Origin: Octopus vulgaris
Lineage: Eukaryota
Direction of reading: 5' to 3'
Length of the DNA: 64,000 nucleotides
Assembly (NCBI GenBank): GCA_951406725.2
Contig: OX597830.1
Coordinates: 68,138,001 to 68,202,000, forward strand
In this document: positions 12,750 through 26,202 of the stretch, piece after piece
How positions within the stretch are numbered: the first letter of the stretch is position 1
Layout: every line of letters starts with the position of its first letter
Translations under genes and position numbers: made by a program
Notes under the pieces: generated by a model
Databases searched by the model: none
Told to the model about the DNA's origin: nothing
What the model saw: the letters and a program-made list of their open reading frames with translations, nothing else

Positions 12750-13760
12750 AGGCCATGCCATGACAGTGTTGAAATGTGATTGACGGAAGGACCAGTTAAG
12801 CTGCTCGTGATCCAGTTTGGTCTAGAACTCCATGTGGTCAAGAACTGATGGGGAGTGATGAGCAGGGTGGCCAATTTCATCAAGAAATGGGCAGAGATGG
12901 AGTTGTCTATGAAGGGTCAGGTGGAGATGGCGACTACATACTTCACTTCCGTCATCTACTACAGCCTGACAGTCGTCTCTTGCATCACTTTGTGTCTGAT
13001 CACATTGGATGCGCTTGCTCTCCTAATTTCTGTGCAAGGCATGTGTTCCTCTTGTCCGACGGTCCATCTTCAGCCAACAGTCATTGAGTGGAGGAGTGGG
13101 TATGCCATGACTAATGATGCACAGACATGCACTGAGGCTGCAGACGTTCAGCACTTTCTTAACGGTCAGTGGGTGTGGTCACCATTTTTCGGGCAGGACT
13201 TTCCACAGTTTGTCTCATTGACAGAGCTGCACTCCTAGTTCATGCAAAGGCCAAGAAAGGACGATTGGCAAACGCTCACAAGTTTGTGCCAGTTAGGCAA
13301 TGCGGTCGGTAGAAGTTCCACTGTAGACTTCTAAAGGAGATTAGTAGCGGGCAAAAGCGGCGACGTCCTCAGAGAAATTCAGGACCTCTGGAGGAATCAG
13401 CTAGCGACTCTTTCTTGGAGGGCTTTTGGGCTGGGTTCTGTGGCGATCTTCCAGGAATCTTTGGCCTGGCAGTTCTACTGGAGATCTGTGCCACTTCAGA
13501 TACGGAAATGCTGTCAGACAGACGGCTCTGAGGTATGCGGAGGATGATAAAACTGTCCTGCATGCATTTTTCCAATGTCTATATACTGACAGGTGAGATT
13601 TCAGCTTAACCATTAGCAATGGAGTGGTATTATGGATGAGCAAGAATTTCATGTGAAATTGGTTGTCCTATCTCAATCCGATGCCCTCACTTGCTGTGAG
13701 AAGTTTGTCTCCCTCACAGAGAAATGTGCTTTGTTCATGACTAAAATGTCTTGGACTCTT
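12750..13760 (+). mobile_element. Degraded L1/Tx1-type LINE ORF2 C-terminal fragment
   Basis: WAEMELSMKGQVEMATTYFTSVIYYSLTVV; same family as 19370-20560. Confidence 0.65.
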
Positions 13761-13798
13761 GCTTCAAGCAATGTAGATGCTGCTCTGCACCCTTACTC

Positions 13799-13802
<4 letters not shown>

Positions 13803-13870
<68 letters not shown>
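13803..13870. repeat. (CA)n(TA)n microsatellite
   Basis: Direct reading. Confidence 0.95.
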
Positions 13871-14388
13871 CGATAGGAATTAATTTTTTGTGCATACTTT
13901 TCTTCCATCTTAGTACTCAATGCTCTTTATTTACCTACCACCCCTTCTTCATACACACACCACCCGCCTCACACATTTCGACATACTATTCATACACAAA
14001 CATATCAACAGATATAAACATACATACACACACAGAGAATATACAGGTACACAATAGCCTTATCTATACATAGAAGCAAGCAAGAAAGTGCACATATATA
14101 CTCACACACATATACACACACATATGCCAGACTAATTCCAGTTATCCATCATACTGAGATAGTTAGATACATGTGTGTTTCAATTTCTCCAATTTACCTT
14201 TTCCTTTTTGGTATTTCCATGTCTCTCCTATCTTTCAGAAGATGAGCAAATAATCGAAATATTACAGATTATTCCTTCTTACTGCTTTTTTCCATCATTT
14301 ACTGAGCATCAAACTTATACCAACTCTGTGTTTTTGTTTTACGCTGCCATTGTGTTGTAATTTTTGTAACCTTTGCACAATTTATAAT

Positions 14389-14430
<42 letters not shown>

Positions 14431-14639
14431 CGCATAGAGAATGCAAGAGAGAGGAAAGACTGGTGAAAATGTTAGTAAAACAAACAATGAATATTTTACA
14501 AGCATAAAATTTTTAAAACTTTCAGTAAACAATCTTTAAAATACATATTTTACCTATGTAATTTTACTTTTCTTCTCAGGAAAGAGAAATTAAAATCAAT
14601 TTATTAATGGTTCATTACATGAATTGATAAAATAATAAA

Positions 14640-14689
<50 letters not shown>

Positions 14690-14694
14690 CTTAC

Positions 14695-14789
14695 TTGCCA
14701 CTGAGTTCCGTCTGAAAATACGTTATTTAGTAGACTATCAATTCTTTTTCTCTTCGATGTAAGCTTGACTTCTTTCAATTCTTTTCTTC
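14695..14789 (-). CDS. TRPM: TRPM-like module A exon 9 (MHR3: GRKELKEVKLTSKRKRIDSLLNNVFSDGTQWQ)
   Basis: 95 nt, phase 1 to 0, CAA|gtaag donor; same length and homologous acceptor (taaaatctatattaaag) as 56889-56983; aligns to TRPM QL.LAL.WNR.DIA...IF....W. An in-frame alternative acceptor exists at 14849. Confidence 0.8.
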
Positions 14790-15411
14790 CTTTAATATAG
14801 ATTTTAAAATAAACCATCAGTCGATATTCAAAACCAGTGCCTGATGGAACTGAAAGAATTTCTGCTCAAACAAAACTACTTATATACTTTCCATTTCATA
14901 AACTATACAATCTGAACAAAATCGAGAGAAAACTGAGAGAAAATTAATAAATTCAAACTGAAGCTTAATAAACAAGGATAAAATTAATCTTATTTAAGGT
15001 TTAAAAGTCTTATTCCTATACCTAAAAAATAAAAATCCCTAAAAAGTTCTGCTGTCATCATTTCTAAGAATAAACACTGAAAAATGGTTTGGCATCATCT
15101 CTAAAAATAGCCAAGCAACTACTACTGCTGTCCACAGGAACGTATATAAAGAACAAAAGACAGACACTCAAGTACAGTTGAAACATTCCTGTCACAACCT
15201 GGGATCTTGAAAACTGCTTAAATGCAAGAAAGTATACTGGTCCCTTAATATTTGATGTTCAGTATTTCATCTATTCAATAACACAATCAATACTTCATTT
15301 CATTTTACTATATATACTATTTATTCTATGTATTCTATATTCTACATTAATATTATAAAGAATATAAGTTAAGCGCAAAAAACAGACAGAGTTGGAATTC
15401 CTTTGAATAAT

Positions 15412-15469
<58 letters not shown>

Positions 15470-15470
<1 letters not shown>

Positions 15471-16040
15471 ATCATCATCATCATCATCTAATGTTCACTT
15501 TCCATGCTGGCATGGGTTAGACGATTTTACTGCAACTGGTAAGCCAGAGATCTGTAGCAGCTTCTTGTTTTATTTGGAATGGTTTCCACAGCTGGATGCT
15601 CTTCCTAATGCTAACCACTCCAAGAGTGTAATGGGTGCGTTTTGCATGTCACTAGGACGGGTGTGATGTACTCGACACTGGTAACGGCCATGACTACGAT
15701 TTTACAGGTGCCATTTACATAACACTGGCAAAGGCCATGACTACTGATTCAGTTGGTTTGATGAGTTTTCTTAAGCACAGCATATCGCCATGTTGTAGGC
15801 TGCTTGTCCACGCCTCCCTGAGGCCCATGCTTCATTACTGACTCCTTTATTTCTGTGAGGTTCGACATACGAAGATCATGCTATTGGCAACGGCCACGAT
15901 AACAATTTCATGGGTGCAATTTACATGACACCATCAACGGCCACAACTGGGAATTCCCTTGGCTTGTCGAGTCATCTCAAGCAGAGCATATCACCGAAGG
16001 TCTCAGTCACTAGTCATTGCTTCTGCGAGGCTTTGAAGAT
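15470..16040 (-). mobile_element. RTE LINE 3' end with (GAT)n tail, degraded
   Basis: catcatcatctaatgttcactttccatgctggcatggg end shared with ~24450-24505 and 62925-63100. Confidence 0.7.
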
Positions 16041-17166
16041 GATAGATGTGTGTACATGCATAAATATGTATATATGCGTGTGTGTGTGTGTTTGTATGTA
16101 TGTGTGTTTGTGTGAGTGTATATGTGTACACTCACACACACATACACATGCCCACATACAGAAATACACATATTGTGGACCATATCTTCCAAAATGACAG
16201 TACAACCGTATCTGATTCTTCAAGAACTTCAAGTCTGTGAATGTACATTTGTTTATTAGATCCCTTAAATTTTGCAATGGGTTCTCCTATTTTGTTGTTG
16301 TGCCATTTTCGATAATTAATAAAACTGTCTGAATTTTTGGCGACACAGCAATGCTACTTAGATATTATGAAAACCATTTTGAGGGGAAAAAGTGCAATAT
16401 GTTTTGCTGCAAATTGCTTTTTGTAATAACTGATGTGATTAAATGTTGAATATATTAGCAGTTAATTCATAATTATTCCATAATTAATACTTAATATTTT
16501 AACATCTAACTATTATATTTCCACGGTCTTCACAAAGTCTCATAAAACCAGTGAGTTTGATGCTATTACTAAAGAGCAGTAACAGTCACCTTTCCATAAG
16601 CTTCTGTTGTTCCGACTCTAGACCCCATCTTATCTCTAGTTTGTATATCATTTAAATGACAATTTCTTCTGGAAAATATTCATTGGGTTAACAATTTCAG
16701 AAGTATACTCCTTTTACTATTTAGTGCCTATTTACAGTAATATAGAAAAGGGGAATTTGTGAGTTAAAGGTCTTCATCACAGACAAAGTACAATGCTAAT
16801 GATAACATACCATTCCCTCACATTCCAGAAACTTCTCCAGAAAATTTATTAATACAGCCAAATGATTTCTTATTGATGAAGCTCAATTAAGCTTCAACAT
16901 TCCAAGATTAACATCCAAAAACTTGGTGAAAGATATAAAAATAATAACATTAGTCATTAACTATTATTCTTTCCTCGTACATTTCACCCTAATTTAGATT
17001 TTTAATATTTTATGCTAAAAATAGCTCTTAACTTTTTGGCATGTCTAATAATTGGTTTAATTAATAATAATTAATCTAAGTTAGGAACATATTCAATGAA
17101 AGTCAAACTCACTGGAAAATGTGAAAAAGAAAAGAACGAAAATTCAATTTTAAAATTATTTCTTAC

Positions 17167-17330
17167 CTTTGAACAAAGCTTTCATGATTGCGACATCAAA
17201 GTCTTCTGGTGATTGTATATTACATACAGTTATCAAATCTACATGTCCCATGGAATCAAACACACAATCAACCAAGTCATTTGCACCCTGTTGTTTTTCA
17301 ATATCAGCTTTCAGTTGCCTTAGCATTGAT
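17167..17330 (-). CDS. TRPM: TRPM-like module A exon 8 (RSMLRQLKADIEK...EDFDVAIMKALFK)
   Basis: 164 nt, phase 2 to 1, ttttcctag acceptor, G|gtaag donor; TRPM motif LIT.......D.D.AIL.AL.K. Confidence 0.92.
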
Positions 17331-18329
17331 CTAGGAAAAAAGTTGTTTCAAAAAATATTATATAAAACTTGTAATGGTGATTCAAGGAAAATTACATTTA
17401 GAGAATAATATAAGGTCTACACTGATGTCACTAGCAAGATATGTTAACTAGAATTAATATTAGCCTGGTTACTCTGTTAGTGACACAGATGATGAAAGAT
17501 GTTAGCTGATGGACGTTCCTCTTGATGGAATGGAGCTTGATTAAAGGAGGAAGAGCACAACACATAATCTTTACAGGATATCGAAGATTGGTGAGGGAAA
17601 TTCTTGGATAAACCCCAACTCATGGGTTGTTGTTAATCATTTCTTGGATCCTGTAAATAGTTAACTTGAAAGTTATAGTGTGGGTAGGCCTGACAAGAAA
17701 TAGGAGTTATCTCTACAGATGTTATTCAGAGTATTTCTGTCATATATGGTGGTAGGCCTCTTTTGGAGAACCATTTAGCATCAATCTGTTAGTAAATAGT
17801 GATGCCATGAATTGAAAATGCTGTGAATCAAGACATCATTTTATTTCCACGTTGATAATCTGGCCTGAATGCTTGCAATGTTGTGGATTCTGTTAAAGTT
17901 TATGAAGGACCAAGTGGTCCTGTTGAACCACAACCAGTACTTCAGTGTTTGAATTAAGTTAACAACCAGAGACAGTGGGCCCAGAATTGGTTAAACCCAT
18001 ACCAGATTAATTCATATTAACCAGTTCTATCAATATGCTTTAGTGTTGTTTCATAAGGGTAAGTCATGATACTGCTTGATCTGATCCCTTAAATTGGATA
18101 GAAAAAGAAATAGAGAAGAAATCCAAACACCTCCAGGCATGTCCTCAACTTTATCCACTATCATTCCCCAGCAAATATGGAGCCTTGAATATTAGCAGTG
18201 TCATGTCATACTGCCTTAAATTTGAGTATTGTGTAACAGAAATCTGATGAGTCATCAGTTTCAGTCAAAGCTATGAATATCCTCAAAGCTATGAATACCA
18301 GCTCTAAAATCAAACTATCAACTGTAGTA

Positions 18330-18581
18330 TTAGGTTGGTGCATAATTATTGCAGCTTTTTTCAATGAATTTTATTCAACAAAAACAATAACAACATTTAA
18401 CAAAAACATCTTTAAATGATTATTCCAGAGCATATTCACCATCTACTTCAATTACTGCTTCCCATTTGCTTGGCAGCCGGTCGGAATAATCATTTAAAGA
18501 TGTTATTTGTTAAATGTTTTTATTGTTTTTGTTAAATAAAATTTATTGAAAAAAAGCCACAGTAATAATGCACCAACCTAA
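18330..18581. mobile_element. Mariner-derived MITE with ~100-bp TIRs and TA TSD
   Basis: TA|TTAGGTTGGTGCA...TGCACCAACCTAA|TA; the paralogous intron (~62377) shows the empty site. Confidence 0.92.
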
Positions 18582-18899
18582 TAATAGGTGAGTTGCAAGC
18601 CAATGTGGGAGCAAATTACCTTGTCACTCAACCTATCAAAAATATAAGTTATATCCCTCTCTAATCACACCCCTTCAGCTTAAATGGAGACAGATACTGC
18701 AGGATAAGGTTGTGTTGTTAAATACACAAGATAGTAAAGGCTGGATTACTTATATTCAGGGTTTCTTTTTATGAGGACTAATACGTGCCAAAAGACCACA
18801 TTTTAATAACAACAGAAACAGAAAAAACAACAGTAATAACAAAATCATCATTCCATCCAAATGAACAAAACTATCATTCTATCCAAATTAAGAACAAAC

Positions 18900-18985
18900 C
18901 GTTCAGTTATGTCTTTGCCCTCTTCATCTTTCTTGAGTAGTGCTTCATAAACATCTGCCATAATGTCTGCTGCTTTACCAGAACC
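18900..18985 (-). CDS. TRPM: TRPM-like module A exon 7 (GSGKAADIMADVYEALLKKDEEGKDITE)
   Basis: 86 nt, phase 0 to 2, GT-AG; TRPM GSGRAAD motif. Confidence 0.93.
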
Positions 18986-19369
18986 CTGTTAATTAAAAGG
19001 AAAAATTTAAAGAATTCATTAAAATTAAATCCAAGATTTAATTTAGTAATTTAGTATTGAACAAATATTTTGAGAAATTCTAAACAATACACACATACAA
19101 CCAATAAAGATGTCTCCTTTATGAATTTAATGTGAACTTAGCTGTAACGCATCCAGGGATGATATACAGTGACACCATCAGGCCTAGGTTGTGGAAACAA
19201 GAGTAAAATAGATAGAGTCAACTGTTGTTTTTGTATGAGATGGAACTAAATTGTTCTAGAAACAATTATTTAGAGATATGTGACAATATAAAGTAAATTT
19301 ATCGACAAAGCACAATAAATGTCAGTAGTAGAATATAAAATAAAGATATCGACAAAGGAAGAATTGGTG

Positions 19370-20560
19370 TGAGGTGACAAGCAGGGTGATCCATCTAACT
19401 CAGACCTGGTCTGAGCGGTGGGTATCACTGAAAGGAAGGGCGGAGGTTGCAGGAGTGTTTATCACCCCTGGGATTACCTACCGCCTAACCGTCGTGCCGT
19501 GCCCCCATTCGTGGCTGCTTTTCCACTTTTTGTGGGAGGGTAGAAGTCCTCTTGTAAAGCGCTCTGCCTGCTGCCAGTACCTGCTAAAGGGTGGGCTAGG
19601 CCTTAGCTATTGATGCGCAGACATGCACTGAGACATCTGTGGCTCTACCTTGATGGTGAACAAGCGCGGTCTTCATTCATTCGGTCGTTACTTCCTGAGC
19701 TTACTAGTTTGAGTGAATTAGGGCCTTGGATTAAGTGGGGTGCATGGCAAGCGGAGTGTCGTGAGACACTCAAGCTTCTCTGTCACACGAGCAATGCCAG
19801 TGTCGGGAATTCCACCTCATCTTTCTATAGAGGGTTGGTAGAGGATCAGTGTGACGACATCCTGGGCAAAGACTCTAGGCTTTGATAATGGTCAACAAGC
19901 CGGCCTGTTCCGAAGGACGATCGGGCCAGGACCCCTGAGTAACTTCCAAGGACCCCTGGCTTGGCATAGCAGTTACTGAGGAGCCTTACCATTTCCTGAT
20001 AAACACGCAAGATATGATGTCCCTTGTTCACCCATGTGCCCAAGATGCGAGCAGGACAGGGAAACCATTCTGCATGCAATCGTGCAACGCCCCAAATTTT
20101 CCGAAATATGGGTTTACGTTGAACACCTGCTGTGAAGGCTGAGAAGAATACAACTGTCTTCCGAATCGATTGTAAAGAATGTTCGTCCTTCATCTTTTAA
20201 AACAAGGTAAGGTTTGTTTCATCACTGTGGTCACTATAGCGAAAGAAGTGGTATGGAAGACCCACGTGAAAGGAATCATGACTGGCATCTTCCTCGCCAG
20301 CCTTGGACTGGTTAATGTCCTCATTTACCACCTGATGTATATGGAAGATGGAAGGCTATAGCGAGTTTGTTGAGAAGGAATGAATCCGCATAGTATATCT
20401 ATAAGGTTATACGAAAGGTTACAGTGGTGGCATAGGGCTTGCGGGGTCGAAACGAAATCTTTAACTTAAATTTTTAACTATTAAAATGTTTTCGTTTTAT
20501 CGACCCCTCTGTCATTTGTATCGTCCCCTCTATGTTTGGCCCCCTGTGGGCAATAAAGAA
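19370..20560 (+). mobile_element. Degraded L1/Tx1-type LINE 3' part
   Basis: WSERWVSLKGRAEVAG...YRLTVVPCP...LFHFLWEG...C....KGGLG..MRRHALR; 3' end GCCCCTGTGGGCAATAAAGAAA. Confidence 0.7.
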
Positions 20561-20564
20561 AATG

Positions 20565-21660
20565 TTACAATCAACTGAAATGGAATTGTCAAAACGCGAT
20601 ATTCAAGCAAGTTTGTTATTCATCATAAAAAAAAGACGTAAAGCAGCTGAAACTGTTCACGATGACAACACAACATTTGGTGAAGAAATGACAAATATAG
20701 AGGTCAGCTTGAAAAGGGTTTAAACGATCTCGCAGTGGAAATCTGAGCCTTGAAAATCGTGAGCATAGTGGACGCCCATCTGTCATCGATAACACTCAAT
20801 TAATGACTGTCATTGAGAAAGATACGTAAAACCACTCGAGAACTGGCAAAAGAACTTCAAGTTAGCTAGAAAACTACCTGCAACCATTTGCATGCGATTG
20901 GAAAATCAATGAAGCTCAGCAAATGGGTGCCACAATTTGAATGAAAATCAGAAAATGCACAGCTATTGAATTTGTTTGTCGCTTCTTCTCCGTAACAAAA
21001 CGGCTTCATTTTCGACCATTTTTTTAACTTGCGATGAAAAGTGGATTCTGTACAATAATAAAAAACGTTCTTCGCAGTGACTGGACTAAAATAGAGCACT
21101 GAAAGCCTTCCCTAAACCCAAGCTCTTCAAAAAGATGGCTACGGTGATTGTTTGGTGGTGTACTGCTGGACTCATCCACCATAACTTCCTCAAACCTAGA
21201 AAAACTATTACTGCAGAAACATATTGCCATGAAATTTCCAAAATGAATGAAAAACTGCTACTCATCCATCCCAGACTGGTCAGCAGAAGAGGGCCAGTCA
21301 TTCTTCATGACAATGATCGATCAGACTTTTCACTAATGATGCTCCAGAAGTTAAGGAAACATGGCTACAAAGTTCTTCCCCAGCCAGCTTATTCCCTAGA
21401 CCTTTCTTCAACCGACTGCCACTTTTTCAAATACCTTGATGATTTCATACGAAAGAAGGAGTTCTAAAATCAAACCGATGTTGTAAATGCTTTCAAAGAG
21501 TTCATCATCTCTAAATTTTTTTTTATGTTATCAGAATAAATAAACTTGTAAGTCATTGGTAAAATGTGTTGATTGTAATGGTACTTAAATTTCCCCGTTG
21601 TTGAACTATATTGTCGTGAATTTCATGTTTCAAAGCGTTGCTTACTTTTTATTCAGCTTG
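20565..21660 (+). mobile_element. Degraded mariner transposon
   Basis: GRPS, KWVP, TCDEKWILYNN, VIVWWCTAGLIHHNFLKP..TITAETYC, ILHDN, PAYSLDLSSTDCHFF (D,D34D-like). Confidence 0.9.
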
Positions 21661-21802
21661 ATATTTATATAAAATTCTGCACCAACAAAATACATAGTTC
21701 TTCCGTTTATTTTTCCTAACCACAAACGTCTTTAGATATGTAAACATTATAAATGGAATAAACTTCCAGTAACATTATTTAGATAATAGTCTATTTACTG
21801 AC

Positions 21803-21906
21803 CTTTAATATTATAACAGGGATGTTGCGAGATAGTGAATCAAAGGCTGACATCAGAGTTTCAAGTTCCTCTCCAACCATTACTACAACAGCTGGAATCT
21901 TGACTT
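21803..21906 (-). CDS. TRPM: TRPM-like module A exon 6 (KVKIPAVVVMVGEELETLMSAFDSLSRNIPVIILK)
   Basis: 104 nt, phase 1 to 0, tttcccgacag acceptor, AAG|gtcagt donor; matches TRPM IP.V.V..EGG..TL......P.VV. Confidence 0.92.
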
Positions 21907-22419
21907 CTGTCGGGAAAGTATATACAGAAAAATATAACTCAATTAATATACAAAATATATCTGGTTAATTTATAAAATATACCTGATTAGGGTAAAACAT
22001 ACACCCGATTACTGAATGAAAAACATACGTGATTTAATTAAAAATATATACCTTTTAAAGCATGAAGTATAACATGATCAAGGTGAAATGAATACTTGAT
22101 TAAGATACACAACATCTCTGATTCAGATATAAAGTATAACTTGATTTAGGTGTAAAATATTATGAAATATATTTGACTAATGTATAAAGTATAACTAGAC
22201 TAAACTATAAATTTTAGCAGCAGGTTTTAGAAAACATAAATTAGTATCATAATCACCATCATCAACATCGTCGTCGTCTATACCAACATCATTTAATGTC
22301 CTCCATCGATGCTGGTATGGGTCGGATGGTTTGAGAGGAACTGCAATGACAATACACACATGACAACATTAATTTCTCCCTGAATTAAATTAATTTATCT
22401 CGTATATTACTCAATCTAC

Positions 22420-23500
22420 AGTTAATCTATCTCTTCTGTTGTGGAAGGTTTCCAACCATCTCCATGCGACTAAAAGTAGACTGACACATTTCTATTAAAT
22501 AGACAACTGATGAGTTCATAGAAGCAAGTCACTGTAAGCTGTTGATTGAGAGCGTCGAGCCTCGTGTAATAGTAATCGAATTGCGTCATGTAAATATTTC
22601 TTTCCCCTGCCTCATTAAATTATATATTCAAAGCCAGGAAATAAAAGTGACGACGAGTTGTTCGAAGCTTGCTTTGGATGCTTAAAATTTTTTATGGTAC
22701 AAAACCAAAGAAAAAAATCGTATTAGCATGGAAGACTTATTGACCTCTATGTTGCAGTTGCAACAGCAACAACAGTAACTAAACAGCAACAACAACAAAA
22801 CCAACAGCTGCTGGAATTAATGTTGAAGAAGTCTGAAAATACTTGAGGTTTGTACACGCCAGACAGTGTAGCAAACACAAATGAAGAATTCAGTTACAAA
22901 CCAGGAAAACATGATTGCTTTCTCTACATGTTTTCGAAGATATGAAGAAATCTTCAAAGAAGAATGTAAAAATTGGATTGATGAAAAAAGTATGACTACT
23001 TTTAAGAAAGATATCCCCTGCCGAAATGAAAAACATAGTAATTATATTCTGTCAGAGAAGCCAAGTGAGATTTGTTTCGATGAAACAATTTTTTATCGAA
23101 ACTTTTCACCGAAAGAAGTCCCCTGTTCAGTACTCGCTGGCAATGTTTAAATTTTGTCATAAAAGATGATTTCCTCATCTATTCTGGAGTTGTTAACAGA
23201 GTGTATGAAAAATTCAGCCTAAAGGAATTAACTCCGGATATGTTCAAATGTCTAAATTTTGTTCAAGGATTTACTGCAAGCAAACATGCAGATATACGTT
23301 CCAGATATTAACGAAATTGGAATAGGACCAAATATTAACTCAACAGGTAGTAGCAGAAGAATGCCACAGGATTATATATCTAAGACATGATGCAGATAAA
23401 ATTGAAGAAAAAGATTGCTCTCTTATTCTTGCGTGTCAACCAGTAATGGATAAGAAAATGGAGAAAAAATGTCAAGACCTCTATGGTGCAGTTGCAACAG
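22420..23500 (+). mobile_element. Gypsy LTR retrotransposon remnant (putative LTR + gag)
   Basis: FRRYEEIFKEECKNW, NYILSEKPSEICFDETI, LFSTRWQCLN and ELTPDMFKCL; homologous to 11400-11760. Confidence 0.75.
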
Positions 23501-23514
23501 CAACTAAAACCTAT

Positions 23515-24507
23515 AGATATGGTAATGAAAGCTGCGTAGGCTTGAAAGAAATGCAGTTAGCATGATCTGCTGGATGTGTAATGTCAGTGTGCATACACGA
23601 CAGAGTGAAAGTTTCCTGCAAGAGGAGTTGGACATAAGAAGCATCAGATGTGGTGTGCAAGAGGGATGACTGCGCTGGTATGGTCATGTGTTGCATATGG
23701 ACGAGGACAGCTGTGTGTGAAGAAGTGTCACAGCCTAACAATGGAAGGAACCTGTGGAAGAAGTAGACCCAGGAAGACATGGGATGAGTTGGCGAAGCAT
23801 GACCTTCGAACATTGGGGCTCACAGGCAATGACAAGAGACCGAGACCTTTGGATATATGATATGCTGGAGAAGATCCGGCAAGTAAAGTGAGATTGAAGC
23901 CATGGCAGATGCCACTGTTGCATAACCGGGCCATTTAAAAGTACCCTTGGATCGTCGGGCGATATGATGCGCTTGAGAAGACCTGTTGAGTCAAGTGAAG
24001 TCGAAATCGTAATCGTAGCCAGTGCCACCTGACTGAGACCTGTACTGGTGGTACGTAATAAACACCATTCGAGCGTGGGTCAATGCTAGTCCCGTCTGAC
24101 TGGCTCCTTGCGCCGTTGGCACGTAAAAAGCACCATGCGAACGCGGTCTATGCCAATGCCTCCTGACTGGCTCCCGTGCCGATGGCACGTAAAAGGTGCC
24201 ATCCGAATGTGGTCGATGCCAGTGCCCTTTGACTGGTTCCCATGCCAGTGGCACGTAAAAAGCACTATCTGAACGTGTTCGATTCCAATGTCCCTGACTG
24301 GCTCCCGTATCGGTGACATGCAAAAATCACCCACTATCCTTTCGGCGTGGTAGGTGTTAGAAAGGGCATCCAGCTGTAGAAAGCTTGCCAGATCAGATTG
24401 GAGCCTGGTGCAGCCTACTGGCTTGCCAGTCCTCAGTCAAACCATCCAACACATGCCAGCATGGAAAGCGAACGTTAAGAGATCATGATAATGATGATGA
24501 GGATGAT
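23515..24507 (+). mobile_element. RTE LINE 3' end containing a ~60-bp internal minisatellite and (GAT)n tail
   Basis: LRWYGHV..MDEDSC, RPRKTWDELAKHDLRTLGL; tandem units at 24020-24330. Confidence 0.85.
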
Positions 24508-25059
24508 AACTAAACATGTAATCAATATCACCAATACTAAACTCGATAAAGTTAGAGATGGTACGTTGCCCTTAATTAGAACACCCGGTTCCTAAGGCTA
24601 AACTCGCAAGACTGATGAACAAGGAGCAAGTGTGGCATGTGTTTAATATGATTTCATAATTATTAGTTTACTATCAGTAATGCCTAATACCAGTATAGGT
24701 GAGTAATAAGTTTAGGCAATTTGAAAGCAGTTCCAGTGTGCTTTGTTCACTAAAACAGGTACGGATTTGAAAATTTTTAATCGATTTTCGATTTACTTCG
24801 AACAAGAGAATAGCGCTTGAAATATGTTAATTCTTTTACACTGAATAAGATACAACAAAAATGAGTGTTATATAATGAAGATTACTTCTACCTTTTTTAT
24901 CTTTTTGTTTTTTAATCTTGCCACTAAATATGAAGTGGGATATGATAGCCAGTAGGGACCTAAATTGACATGTTCACTCTACTATTAAATATATTACGAA
25001 AAGCTGAAATAAATTGGTATTGGGTATCTTATATATTGATTTCCTGTGCGGTTGCGACA

Positions 25060-25116
25060 CACCTACGCCCTGCTGGCGACACAATAATGTGTCGCGACAC
25101 AGTTTGAGTAACACTG
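25060..25116. mobile_element. hAT (Charlie-like) transposon terminus
   Basis: Minus strand reads CAGTGTTACTCAAACTGTGTCGCGACAC, with repeated GCGACAC subterminal motifs. Confidence 0.5.
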
Positions 25117-25300
25117 GCATAGAAGAATAGAATTGTTTAGATGTTAACTATTAATAATAACCTAACTATAACCAATAAAAGACTTGTTTGCTATTAAAGA
25201 GAGTAAATTAATATGATGTATATATAAACTTAACCAGTTATCCTTAATATTTCATTTCCGGTCTATACTTTATGGTTTTATTTCTCTAATAACAACTTAC

Positions 25301-25460
25301 TTTGCCTTTTGATTTGTAAAATAGTATCTTCTAACTGTTTTTTGAATTCAAGTTCTACCCCAGAAGTGTCGTTGGTACCATCATCAACAAGGATAAAATG
25401 TGTATGATTAGGATCCAAGGCGTACTCTCCTCCATTAGAATAGTTTGCAGGCCATAATCC
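25301..25460 (-). CDS. TRPM: TRPM-like module A exon 5 (GLWPANYS...LDPNHTHFILVDDGT...GVELEFKKQLEDTI)
   Basis: 160 nt, phase 0 to 1, GT-AG; diagnostic LD.NH.HFILVDDGT motif of the TRPM MHR1/2 (SLOG) domain. Confidence 0.97.
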
Positions 25461-25566
25461 CTGGAAATTAAATCGAAATTTTAGTTTTATATATATATAT
25501 ATTTATTATAAAAATCATTATGGTCTAAAAATATATTTATTGCGTTTGTTCTGACACAGAAAAATA

Positions 25567-25569
<3 letters not shown>

Positions 25570-25626
<57 letters not shown>
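25570..25626. repeat. (GA)n microsatellite
   Basis: Direct reading. Confidence 0.95.
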
Positions 25627-25879
25627 TGGAAAAAGAGAAAGGGGAGAAAAAGAGAGAGTATCAGAATATAGATTGAGTTATACTGAAAGTGTTGGTGGGG
25701 AGATTTTGATGTTCCCAGACATTAGAAAGAGGAACTCTAATGAATTGCTATACAGATGCATAATCACGCCTCCCCTACACACACATACATTCATACACCA
25801 TTCCACAGATATATAGATTCATATATGCATATACATATACATACATATATGAATGCACTCACACACACGCACAAACACA

Positions 25880-26202
25880 TATATGCCTATAGAACTGGCA
25901 CTCTGTTGGATACGATAAGAAGTTGATCCGATCGACAGAACAGCATGGTCTTGAAATTAACGTGCAAGTGGCTGAGCACTCCACAGACACGCACATCCCT
26001 AACATTGTTCTCTTGAAGATGAAGCAGAACACACAATGTGACAAGGGGTTACAAGTACAACTCATTTTTATCAGCTGAGTGGACCGGATCAACGTGAAAT
26101 AAAGTATCTTGTCCTAGGACACAACGCGCTGCTCTGACTCGATCTCACAACCTTACGATTGTGAGTCAAATACGCAAAGCACTTAGCCACTAAGACGTGT
26201 GC

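Noticed and set aside
24020-24330. Regularly spaced repeats superficially like a CRISPR array
   Set aside because: Units are contiguous tandem copies without unique spacers, inside a eukaryotic LINE 3' region, with no cas genes
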